DNA from: Saprolegnia diclina VS20
Taxonomy: Eukaryota
DNA length: 52,336 nucleotides
Assembly: GCF_000281045.1 (NCBI RefSeq)
Contig: NW_008246068.1
Coordinates: 870,371-922,706 of the forward strand
Direction: 5' to 3'
Shown: positions 12,867-23,429 of the stretch, piece by piece
Position numbering within the stretch: position 1 is the first letter of the stretch
How the letters are laid out: every line of letters begins with the position of its first letter
Translations under genes and position numbers: made by a program
Notes under the pieces: generated by a model
What the model saw: the letters and a program-made list of their open reading frames with translations, nothing else
Databases searched by the model: none
Told to the model about the DNA's origin: nothing

Positions 12867-13776
12867 ATGGCCTCAATTCCGCTCGACGACGCCATCTTGC
12901 AGAAGATCTACGCGTGGATCGACGAGGTTCCGCTCTCGCGGCCCAAGAAGAACATGGGCCGCGACTTTAGCGATGGCATCTTGGCCGCCGAAGTCATTGC
13001 GTACTACTTTCCACGGCTCGTTCAAATGCACAACTACAGCGCCGCCAACTCGGTGACCCAAAAACAGTACAACTGGAACACGCTCAACAGTGCGTTGGCG
13101 CGATATTGTACAAGGTGCTCACATTGAAGCTAGCCAAAGTCCTTCGAAAGCTCGGGTTCCAGCTCACCAAGCGCGAAATGGACGACATCGTTCAGTGCAA
13201 GCCTGGTGCTGTGGAAGAGTTCCTCACCAGACTCCAGATCAAGGTCGACTCGTGCTACACAAGGTGTACACATGACGAGTGAATGCGTCATTAGATCGCC
13301 AACTATCGGCTCAAGCGCAGTAGCCAGTATGACCCCGACACGGACGGCCCCCCGGAGGCACCAAGCCCCCTCGATCGGAAGCGCTCCGAGGTCCGCGACG
13401 TCGAGAGCAAGGACCACTACCACGACGAAGCACTGGCCGCCGACAAACTCGCCTCACCTGTCTCGATGGACGAGTACCCGTCGAGCATTGCGGGTCTGGC
13501 AAGGTACATTTTTCAGATCTGGTAAAGCTCTAAAATTATCTAGAGCGTTCAAGCCAGAGGGCGAGCTTCAAGCGCAGCTGCAAGAAAAGAACAGCGTCAT
13601 AGAAGAGCAAAAGGAGACGATCCAGGTGATCGTAATCTCCTTTTCGCACGTCAGCTCACGCGTTTCGAAACTAGATTCTGGAGCAGAAGATCCAGAAACT
13701 GGAGCAGCTCGTGCGGCTCAAAGATGGAAAAATTCAGACGCTCGTCGCCAAATTGCGGACGCAAACCAAGTCGTAA
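12867..13776 (+). CDS. SPEF1: Sperm flagellar protein 1 (SPEF1/CLAMP): CH domain plus C-terminal coiled coil; multi-exon
   Basis: IYAWIDEVPLSRPKKNMGRDFSDGILAAEVIAYYFPRLVQMHNY...NWNTLN, intron 13090-13133, then TKVLRKLGF...CKPGAVEEFL. C-terminus ETIQILEQKIQKLEQLVRLKDGKIQTL; TAA at 13774-13776. Confidence 0.9.
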
Positions 13777-14468
13777 GTGCAAAAACAAAGGTCGCCGAGG
13801 TATCCAACACCGTATTTTCTTCGACGTCGATTCATGGATGGACCGCAAAATTTGGATCTGGATCTGGTACCATCGTCCAGATGTTCCAACTCACTTCCAT
13901 TCCAGTGACGCAGCCATCCGAGGTGATCGAAAAACGAGCACACGATATATCTTGATTTCATTATGCTACATGGGAGATCGGGACGACGGGAAGCACGGTT
14001 GCGGCCCAGCTCCTGGCACATGATCGTGGTCTGCGCCTCGATCGCATCGACGCGACGCTTCGCCATTCTCTTGTCTCGCGGTGGTTACTTCGTGGGACAG
14101 AACACCTCGGTGGCTCGGTGGGACGACACGTCGACACGTTGGCTTTTTGGGCTAAATCCCATAGAAATTCGAACTGTCCGGAGGGCGCGCCACGTCATAA
14201 GTTCGAATATCCACGGATCGCCCGTTTCAGATTTGAGCAAATAATGTTCCCTGAGACCTTGGACCACCCGATTTGCAGTTTGGATTTGCGGCTCTCATGG
14301 CATCGACCAAGCTGCACCGTCGCGTCTTGCGCAAGTCGGTCGAGCTCTACCGACCGGAATTGCTCCCGCTCTTTCTCCTCTTTCACAAGTCGGAGACGTC
14401 GCACGAATGGCAGGTACGCTGCCTCCTACGCCTCGCAACGTCCAACACGAGGCATGTAGATCCAGCAC

Positions 14469-17400
14469 ATGGCCGACGCGGTCAAGCTCTCGACGTTTCT
14501 GCACTCGAAAATGCTCTTGTCGCCCGAGCTCAACCGCAACTCGCCGTGCTACATTGCGCGCCGCATTGTGCAACTGTACATCAAGCTCAAGTACATTGCG
14601 ACGTTCCCTGCCCACGAAATCGACGAGTATGCTGCGATTGGCGACCAAGAGTACGACGAAGTGCGCATGATGCACCACTTGGTGCACAACAGCAGCAATG
14701 CGACCACCGAGACCGAGCACGTGTACCGGCTTGCGGCCATGCTCGGCATCTCGTACCACGGGGACTCGTGGCAAGAAATCCTCACCTTTGTGCGGTGCGC
14801 ACTGCCGTTCGCCGAGCAGACCGAGACGCTTCTCATTCGCGGCTCGGACGACCGGTCGATCTTGGACAACGCCACGCAAACCAACAAGTACAACACGACC
14901 ACGATCCCATGTGCTGTGCCGCAGCACGCGTGGATCTCACGGGCGAGTTGCACGAGCTCGAGTGTCGCCCTCGATGCCTACACGGTCTGCGAGCGCATTC
15001 GCCAAGAGCTCCTCCTCTCGTCGCTCTCGATCAACAATGAAAACATCCGCGAGGTCTTTGACCGCAAAATGCAGTCGATTCGAGACCGTGTCGCTGACTG
15101 CCTCGGGCTCAAAGCGCTCTATGACGACGGCGCTTTTGAGTGCGTCATTTCGCCCTCCGGCACCGACGCCGAGCTCCTCGCCACGTCGGTGGCCCTCGCC
15201 CGACTGGCCAGCGTCGCCTCCGAGACGACGACGACCGGCCGCATGACGCTCATCGTGACCGCGGGTGGTGAAACCGGAAGCGGGTCCGTCGCAGCCTCCA
15301 ATGGCAAGCACTTTAGCAAGCTCTCGCCGAGTGGCGACGCTGTCGAGCCTGGCAAGCTCCTGCGCGGGTTTCCAACCGCCAAGGTCCACTGCGTGCAGAT
15401 TCCCGCGCGCCAAGACGACGGGCACGTCGAGAACGCCGACGCGACCGTGCGCGCGAGCGTCATTGAAGCACTCTCAACGTCGCCGACCGCCGCCCACAAC
15501 GTGGTCTTATTGCACGTTGTCATGGGCTCCAAAACCGGGCTGAGTTGCCCGAGCTTGTCGCTTGTGGACGAGCTCTCGGCTATCTACACGACCCGACTCC
15601 TCGTCGTCATTGACGCGTGCCAGATGCGCCTCGACAAGCTCTCGCTCGCCGAGTACATGGCGCGCGGGTACCTCGTGCTCATCACCGGATCCAAGTTCTT
15701 TGCCGGCGTTCCGTTCTGCGGCGGTGTCCTCATCCCATCCGTCTACATCGACGAGCTCGAGGGGAGCGAGGACCTTGGCAGCATCTTCCCGATCGGGTAC
15801 ACCGACTACTTTTCCAAGTATGAGTTTCCGCCGCTAAGCATGCCGCTCACCCGCGCCCGCTTTGCCTCGCGCATGAACGTCGGGCTGCTCCTGCGGTGGG
15901 AGACGGCGCTCGTCAACATGGAGCTGTACGCGTCGATCCCGTCGGCGATGGTTGGGCAAATCTGCTACGAGTACATTGCCCGGTCGAAAGCCATGATGGC
16001 CACGCACGCCCACGTCTCGCTGCTCGAGCCGCCGCGTGACGTGCGCAAGCCGTCGATGGCGGCCGACGGCACGTTATTGCGGCCCCTCGACACGATCATC
16101 TCGTTCCACGTGGTGGAGCACGGCGTGTGCCTTAGCGTCGACCGTCTCAAGCTCGTGCACATGTTCCTCTCCAAGGACATTTCGAGCGTCATCACCGAGA
16201 CGTGCCCGCTCGAGGTCGCGCTCGCGAGCAAAAAGTGCCTTGTCGGACAACCCGTGACGCTCGGGAAGCTCGCACACGGCGTGTTGCGCATCGCGCTCGG
16301 CGCCGACATGGTCAACCACATCTACCGCGGCACCAAGACCATGGTGGAGCTCGTCTTGGAGGACGCCATCATCTTGCGCAAGCTCGCGCTCATCCTCAAC
16401 CACTGGGACCCGCTCTGCGCCAAGTTTGTCGACGTGCCGGTGACGCACCACCTGCCCTCGACACCGCCCAAGCCCGAGAGCAAGAGCATTTGGGACTTTG
16501 GTGTCAAAGCTGCGGGGCGAAGCCCGGCGCTGCGGTCGCTTTTGGCGTCCGGGCACGAGCTCTTTCCGCGCATGGTCCTCTATGACCTCGACGGCGTTGA
16601 TGTCGCGTTTCAGTCGCTCGTGGCGCCGTTCCCAGCGCACTTTGAGCACCGCTTCCACGTCTCGTCGTGCCCGTTAGCCTTCTTCCTGCGGCGCGCGATT
16701 GAGAACGACATTGGCTTGACCTGCGCGTCGATCGTCGAGGTGCAGCACGCGCTCCGCCTCGGCTGCGCGCCGCACAAGATTGCGTTTACAAGCCCCGTGA
16801 AAACGCGCCGCGAGCTGGCTTATGCCATTGACATGGGTGTCGAGGTCAATGCCGACTCGTTTGAAGAGCTCGAGATCATCAAGGAGCACGCGCAGATGCG
16901 GTTTCAGAGCAGCTTCCCCGAGTGCACGCCCCGGTACGCCGGCGAGCTGCCCCGCATCGGTGTCCGCGTTCACGTCTGTCACGAAGCCGCCCACACGTGG
17001 ATGGCTGGGATTTCGCTCACGAACGACAACCGCGCCAAGCTCCTCGGAATGTTCAAGGAGCACCCGTGGCTCACGGGCCTCGTCCTTGCCACGTGCCCAA
17101 AGCGCGCTGACGGCAACAAGGCGCTCCTGCGTGAGATAGCGGACGGCGCCAACCAGCTCTGCGACCTTGCGAATGACATTGACGCCGTCGCCGGCGAGAC
17201 ACGCGTCAAGGTGCTGAACGTCGGTGGCGACCTTGATGCGCGCTATGACGCCGACGATGTCGGCTTGACGTTTGCGGACGTCGTCGAAGTGCTGCATGCC
17301 GAGGTGCCCAAGATATTTGAGCGCAACGGCCGCACTGTGGTCACCGAGCACGGCGACTACGTTAGCGCCAAGGTGGGGTGGACCGTGAGCGAGGTCGAAT

Positions 17401-17864
17401 ACATCCGGTTCCACGGTGCTCCCGACGACCGGTCGACCCCGACGCAAACCGCCGTCATTGACGCCGGCGCCGACGTGCACACGCGGCTACCAAACGGCAG
17501 TTACAAGCACCGCGTCTCGGTCTACAAGTACGATGACAGAATGTAAAGCTCACGACGCTAACGATGAGGATTTAGGGCCAACGGGCAGCTCTCGGCGGCA
17601 CCCAAAGAGCTCCAATCGGCCATTTGCCTCGGGGAGCCTCTGCACCACGAGTGGAGCGCACGGACCATGACCGTCCCTCGGCTCGAGCGCGGCGACTACG
17701 TTGCTCTGCACGACACGGGGGCCAACATGACGACGATGGGCCACGGCGCCAACGGGCAGCCAGCGCCGCCCGTGTACGGCTACCGCCGCCATGACGACGG
17801 CGTCCACGTTGTCCTGCTCAAGGCAGCCGAAACCCCCGAACAAGTCATGCAGCTCTGGGGCTAA
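14469..17864 (+). CDS. Fusion protein: N-terminal PLP-dependent transferase-like domain plus C-terminal degenerate diaminopimelate/ornithine decarboxylase-like domain (about 1,115 aa)
   Basis: 1025-aa ORF, intron 17528-17575 (GTACGA...TTTAG), final exon to TAA at 17864. N-domain motifs: SPSGTDAE, GSKTG, VVIDACQMR, ITGSKFFAG, NVGLLLRWE. C-domain motifs: CASIVEV, FTSPVKTRREL, VNADSFEEL, IGVRV, LNVGGD, GDYVALHDTGA. Confidence 0.85.
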
Positions 17865-18304
17865 CCACTCTCTTTCCCTTGCTTTTCAGTACAGTGTATG
17901 TAGATGAATACAAATTGGTTTCTCAAATTGTGTTCTGGCCTCGGACAACTTGAATCAAGTGCACATGAGGCGATCGGTCACTTCGATCATCCTAAGCTCC
18001 GTGCACAGTGGTCGGTCCAGTGTGTCGCGCTGTCGAAGTTGAAGCTGACCTTTGCCCTACCCCTTGGCTCGCATGGAGCGCACGAGTTGGACGCACGGTC
18101 TACGCGGTCGAAGACCTCGGTTGCTCTTTGCTAGCGTGCTAGTCAAGTCTGTATTCGAGATTCTCGTTATACGCTATCTGGCGCCGGACAGCTCTGGACG
18201 AACGAGATGTGTGGTGTCAAGTGGTCGGAGGACTCGAACGGTCCCAGCCCCTTCCGACGTCACTTTGCGTCAACACGGTACTATTCCAGTTTGGGATTTG
18301 CGGT

Positions 18305-19295
18305 ATGGCGCGTGCGTACGCAACGCTGGTTTGTACGGACGCGTACGCTATCGGGGCGCAGGTGTTGCGCGCGAGCCTCCACCGCGTTGGGTCGACGCTG
18401 CCGCTTGTCGTGCTCGTCACGCCCAATGTCTCGGCCTCTGTGCGGATGCAATTGACGACATCGCTCGAGAATGCGCTTTTGTACGACGTGGCGCCGATTC
18501 CGCTGCGGTCCGACCAAGCGACGCGCTACGCATTTGCGCGCTTCCAGCACGCGTGGGCCAAGCTGCGCGTGTTTGAGCTCGAGATGTTTGACACCATTGT
18601 CTTCCTCGACGCCGACATGCTGTGCGTGCGCAACATGGACGACCTCTTTGACGCGATCGCACCGGACGCGACCACCATCGCCGCGAGCCGCGCGTGCACG
18701 TGCAACCCGCAGCGCATCACCCATTATCCCCCGTATGTTTTTGTGTTGTTATAAAAATGCAAGATCTGTCGTGTAGGTCGTGGACGCCAGCATCCTGCGC
18801 GTATTCCGAGACAACGAATAACGTCCGTCGGTACTTCAACTCGGGCATGTTGGTGTTGCATCCTAGTAGGTTATTCCACATCGATTTAGTATGTGCTTAT
18901 GCTTGCTGCGCTGTGTACTAGGCTGCGCAACGCTCGAGTCGCTGCTCGCAAAACTTCAGGGCGAACGCAGCGTCGAGCGGTTTGTGTTTTCGGATCAATG
19001 CTTCCTCAACGAAGCGTTTCCCGACTTTATCGACGTGCCGTATGTGTTTAACGCGCTCAAGACACTGCCGATCGCGCACCCGCGCCTGTGGCAACTCGAG
19101 GTATCCACCATAGTGGAACCCTACCCCTAGTATCAAGTTTACGTATAGGATGTCAAGGCGATTCACTACATTTTGGAAAAGCCGTGGCATGTCGAAGTAC
19201 TCGCGGGCGGACCGTACGACGACTTGTACGCACTGTGGTGGGAGGTTGCTTCGCACGTGAAGGATCGCTTGCAACCTTGCTTCAACGCACCGTAA
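18305..19295 (+). CDS. Glycosyltransferase family 8 (glycogenin/galactinol-synthase-like); multi-exon
   Basis: AYATLV, WAKLRVFEL, VFLDADML (DxD), YFNSGMLVLHP, FSDQCFLNEAF and KAIHYILEKPW across exons separated by three short introns; TAA at 19293-19295. Confidence 0.88.
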
Positions 19296-20024
19296 TACTA
19301 GACACGTGTTTGTGGCGCAGCCGACTATAAACTACAGTGGGGTAGTTCGTGTGACGAGCCTTGTCAAATGCACAGTCATGAACAAAATCGTTGTCGCTGG
19401 TGACGACGTCGTTGCAGTTGATAAAGGGAGCTGTTTTGGTGCTCACGAGTTTTCAACCATTTTATGACACATCAAACCTTGATATATGTATGGTATAAAA
19501 TACACTGGTTTAATGTTGTGAGTGGCCAAATCATTTCGATTTTAAGCCAATGGGATGCGAGGCCCTGCCTGCGCTGCCGCGCGCGGACGCTCTTGGTGCG
19601 CCATTTGAAGTCGAAACAAAAAGTCGCCAAAAGTTGGCACATCGATAGAAGGCATGTTGGAGAGCGTATCGCGCTGCGTCGCTTCACCGCGCGAGGTGTA
19701 CAACCCGAGCTATTGCCCAAGCCATTCAATGTGGCAAACGCCATATATAGACCCAAAATGCCACATTTAGTATGCAATCCATCCAAGGCATTGTCGAGTT
19801 CCTGCAGACATTTTTGAGGCCGCTGACGTGTCAGTGTCATGACGACTACCAGGACTCACTGCTCTACAAGCCACTATACCTCAATGACTTTACAGTGTGC
19901 ATGGTCGAAGGCAACCCGCTGCGTGTGCTCCATCGCACGACTACATAGGGCGATGCCTAGTTTGCTCGGGGTAGTATGAGACATGATTACCAAACGCACT
20001 TGAGTACAAGTATTTAGTGGGGCC

Positions 20025-20909
20025 TTAGAGCTCTTTGGTCGGCGGGTCGTCGCAGCTACCGCGGTGCAAGAGAGTCAAGGCGTGGTTACCGCACTGCGCG
20101 TTCTCAAAGAGGCACATGTTGTTGTACGTCTTGTTGTCCGAGCCGCAGACGGGAGCAAACATGCGGTTGCACGGGCGGTCACGGCAATCGCCCTTCGGAA
20201 TGACAACACTTGCAGGCGAATCGTCGCAGGCGCCGCGATGGACGATGCGCATGTCGTCGTTGCCGCAGTGGATCTTCTTAAAGCTGCATTCGTTGACGTA
20301 CGTGCGCCCGTCCGAGCCGCACACGGGCGCGTGCTTGTCATTGCACGATGTCGGGCAGGCTTCGAGGTGGCGGACCGACGCAGTGTCGTCGCACGGACCC
20401 TCGTGGGCGATGCGGAGCGTCGACTTTGGCCCGCCGCGGCAGCGCGCAACTTCGAGCTTGCACTTGTTGCTGTACGTTGTCCTATCAGTCCCGCAAACGG
20501 GCGCATACTCCATGGTGCAGATACTGGGACACTCGAGTGTCTGCCGCGCGGGGCAGCGGCCGGCGTGGTCGAGCGTCACTGTCGGGTTGGCGCAGTGGGC
20601 CTTCTTGAACTCGCACAAGTTGGCATACGTCATGCCGTTCGAACCGCACTGCGGATCGTATGAGACTGGGCACTCCATGGCACAAATGTGCATCGGCGAC
20701 GTGCACACTCCAGTGCTTGCGAGGCCAAGGCTCGCGTTGATGCAGTTGGCCTTGGTCAAGCCGCAAGCGTTCGTGTAGGTGACGCCGTTGGTTGCGCACA
20801 CGGGGCTCCCGCCCTTGGGGCAAGGCGCCGAGTCCTCGCACAAGTTCGTGGACGCGGTGGTGAGCGCGGCGAGGAGGGCGGCGACGGCGACGATGTAGCG
20901 CAGCAGCAT
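20025..20909 (-). CDS. Secreted Kazal-type serine protease inhibitor, 5 domains (294 aa)
   Basis: Signal peptide MLLRYIVAVAALLAALTTA; five C-x-C-x7-C(GSDG)xTYxNxC...C units; intronless. Confidence 0.93.
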   Translation of the reverse strand: MLLRYIVAVAALLAALTTASTNLCEDSAPCPKGGSPVCATNGVTYTNACGLTKANCINASLGLASTGVCTSPMHICAMECPVSYDPQCGSNGMTYANLCEFKKAHCANPTVTLDHAGRCPARQTLECPSICTMEYAPVCGTDRTTYSNKCKLEVARCRGGPKSTLRIAHEGPCDDTASVRHLEACPTSCNDKHAPVCGSDGRTYVNECSFKKIHCGNDDMRIVHRGACDDSPASVVIPKGDCRDRPCNRMFAPVCGSDNKTYNNMCLFENAQCGNHALTLLHRGSCDDPPTKEL

Positions 20910-21190
20910 GGTGTTGTTGCTTGTCGAACCAGGATCTGGGAGTCGGTAGCGCAGGCAAATGCCATTGGTCAAAACAAGTAAGATGCTCGATTTGGATTGG
21001 CTGTTTTTTAGAAGGATGTTGAACCAGATCCCTCGAGGCAACTGCACATTGCAAGCTTGCGACGACACATACCGAGGGATGCTGGTACAATGCTTGAGGT
21101 ATGCTTAAATCGGCAGGTAGCTCTACCAGCTACCCAGTTCTTGCATCCAAGCGTTTGTGCAAGGTCCAGGGATGTTGACAGCAGGCGACG

Positions 21191-21206
21191 TTTGATTGGC
21201 TTAAAA
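21191..21206. promoter_or_regulatory. CCAAT-box motif in the divergent Kazal / DOT1-like promoter
   Basis: TTTGATTGGCTTAAAA resembles the oomycete TYTGATTGGCTRAAA motif; about 75 bp upstream of ATG 21278. Confidence 0.6.
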
Positions 21207-21277
21207 GAAACGAATCCCAACGCGCTATTGATTGAATTGTCGCCCAATGGCATCGAGCCGAGCTGCTGAATTCGAAA

Positions 21278-22582
21278 ATGGCAGCGTCGCACACCGAGGT
21301 GACGGGCTGGCAGCGCGTCTTGGCGCAGTACGCGCCGCAGGAAGAGGCGTGGAAGGGCGCCGAGGCCAAGATGCGGGCGTATGCACAGCAGGTGCTGCGT
21401 GACATCAAGGGCACGGATGCCCAGAAGCGGTCCGCGACCATTGACTTTGTCAAGGATCTCGTGCCCGAGGACGTCAAGCCCGAAGTCGAGAGTTTGCCTG
21501 TCGAGCAGTTTGCGCTGGGCCTCATCTTTTACGGCCCGTTCCAGGTCTACGATCGCGTGTACCGCCACATTTCGTCTGACGTACGCAAGCTGCTGCAATC
21601 GCGCGGCTTTGAACTTCATCATTCTCGTCTTAGTATGGAAAGGAAATGTCCATGCAAGCGCGCAAGGGCACCGAGCACGACACGACGGGCCACGTACTAT
21701 TTCAATGCAACGCCTTGCATGCTATATTGTCTGTAGGTCTACGGCGAAATCGCCTTCTTCCCGTTCGCAGACATTTTGCTGTCGATCGCGCCCGAGCTGC
21801 CGCAGAACAACGCCATCTTCTACGACTTGGTGCGATACCATCACGCTCGTACCATGGCCCTCATGCGTAAGGATCTAGGGCTCGGGTGTCGGCAAGGCGG
21901 TCGTTGCGGCCGCGCTTTTGCATCCGTTTCACAAATCCGTGGGCATCGAGGTGTTGCAGGTTGATTCTCATCGTGCATTGAAGACACGTCGTCTCAGTTT
22001 GCTGCGATAGCCGCTTGTGGACTTTTCCCTTGCACGCGTCGACAAGCTCGGCCAAGACTATGACGGCATTGCGCAGTCGATCTCGTTTGTATCGGGCAGC
22101 TTCTTGGACCATCCGTGGAGCGACGGCGACCTCGTCTTTAGCCACAGCACGTGCTTCTCGCCCGGGTACCGCACTCGCTTCATGAACGCTACGTGGATCA
22201 TGATCATGGATGCTAGGACTTGGGAACGCATCTCCAAGCAGGCCGAGCAGCTGAAGCAAGGCGCGTACTTTGTGTCGGTGTCGCACGTTCTCTTGTCGCC
22301 GCTCTTTGAGGTAGAGATAGATACCCGGCGTATACCCCACTCAACGATATGTCTTAGGTACTGCGCACGATGGTCGTCACGATGAGCTGGGGAAGCTGCA
22401 CCGTCTACGTCCACGTACTCGACTCGCTTTGAACGCGAAGGATCTCACATCCTACGTAGCGTCGCATGCGAATTGGCCGCTGGGCGACCAAGCTGTTGCA
22501 AGGCGGTAGCGCGATTCGCACGGACCTCCAGCGAACCCGGGAGCCCGCGACGCCCAAGGAGAACGAAGTTCGCAAGCAGTAG
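21278..22582 (+). CDS. DOT1-like class I SAM-dependent methyltransferase; multi-exon
   Basis: Spliced product reads DTTGHVYGEI...FYDLGSGVGKAVVAAAL...VGIEVL...GSFLDHPWSDGDLVFSHSTCF...LKQGAYFVS...MSWG. First intron 21581-21633; last exon 22460-22582. Confidence 0.8.
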
Positions 22583-22630
22583 ATAGAAGGTCGTTTTGGC
22601 TTCGATTTTTGATTCGAAATTTCACCGCCG

Positions 22631-22645
22631 CTGATTGGCTACTTT
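22631..22645. promoter_or_regulatory. CCAAT-box motif upstream of msrB
   Basis: CTGATTGGCTACTTT about 90 bp before ATG 22728. Confidence 0.5.
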
Positions 22646-22727
22646 TACAGGCCTTTTTGGAATTCCAACGAGAGCGACGACGTCCGTTCCAGTGCTGCCA
22701 CGCAGGAGCGCAGTGATAGATTGACTA

Positions 22728-23162
22728 ATGGGGGCGCAAAGCTCGAGCCCGGCGCCGATGCCATCCGTGCCGTTCAACCTCCCCGACGGCGAATGGCGGG
22801 CCAAGCTCAACCCCGAGCAGTACCGTGTTCTGCGCCAGAAAGGCACCGAGCGCCCGGGCACCGGCGCCTTCAACAAGCACACCGCGCTTGGCACGTACCT
22901 CTGCGCGGGCTGCGACGCGCCGCTGTACACGTCGGCGCAAAAGTTCAACTCGGGCTGCGGGTGGCCAGCGTTCTTTGATGCGATTCCTGGTGCGATCAAG
23001 GCGCTCCCAGACGCCGACGGTAGCCGCATCGAGATCATCTGCGCCAACTGCGGCGGGCACATGGGCCACGTCTTCAAGGGTGAGGGCTTCAAGACACCGA
23101 CCGACGAGCGCCATTGTGTGAATAGCGTTTCGCTCAAGTTTACGGCCTCGCCTGCGCCATGA
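22728..23162 (+). CDS. msrB: Peptide-methionine (R)-S-oxide reductase MsrB (Zn-binding, Cys form)
   Basis: YRVLRQKGTERP, CAGC, KFNSGCGWPAF, CANCGGHMGHVF, RHCVNS; intronless, 144 aa. Confidence 0.97.
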   Translation: MGAQSSSPAPMPSVPFNLPDGEWRAKLNPEQYRVLRQKGTERPGTGAFNKHTALGTYLCAGCDAPLYTSAQKFNSGCGWPAFFDAIPGAIKALPDADGSRIEIICANCGGHMGHVFKGEGFKTPTDERHCVNSVSLKFTASPAP

Positions 23163-23429
23163 GCAGGCATGTAAACTTCGAGCAACAATACTTTGCATCA
23201 TTACGAGGTTCTAGCATCAACACACATCTCGATGTACAGAGGTGGGCACAGTAGTGTCAGTCTCTCTGGCGTACGGAGTCTTCATTCTGTGGGCCTCGTC
23301 ACTGTTGTCACGTTGCCGGTGTTGCACATGCGCCCTCGCACGGACCGCACGTCAGCCTGCTCCATACAAAGCGCGTCGTGGTCCGCTCCATCCGACGGTC
23401 GAAGGGGCACCGCTCGCTGTATTTAGGGG

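Noticed and set aside
13734..14066. 110-aa minus ORF between SPEF1 and the PLP fusion gene
   Set aside because: No recognisable domain, overlaps the SPEF1 3' end, and only faint ankyrin-like words.
19472..19840. 122-aa minus ORF containing GCTPRAV, with an orphan CCAAT motif near 19545
   Set aside because: AT-rich, lacks local coding bias, and one short motif is not enough to call a gene or relic.
20910..21068. N-terminal extensions in the ORF track for the Kazal genes (also 31415-31717 and 32809-33135) and the ankyrin gene (44696-45163)
   Set aside because: The extensions cover promoter motifs (CCAAT, INR/FPR), and downstream ATGs give proper signal peptides or family N-termini.
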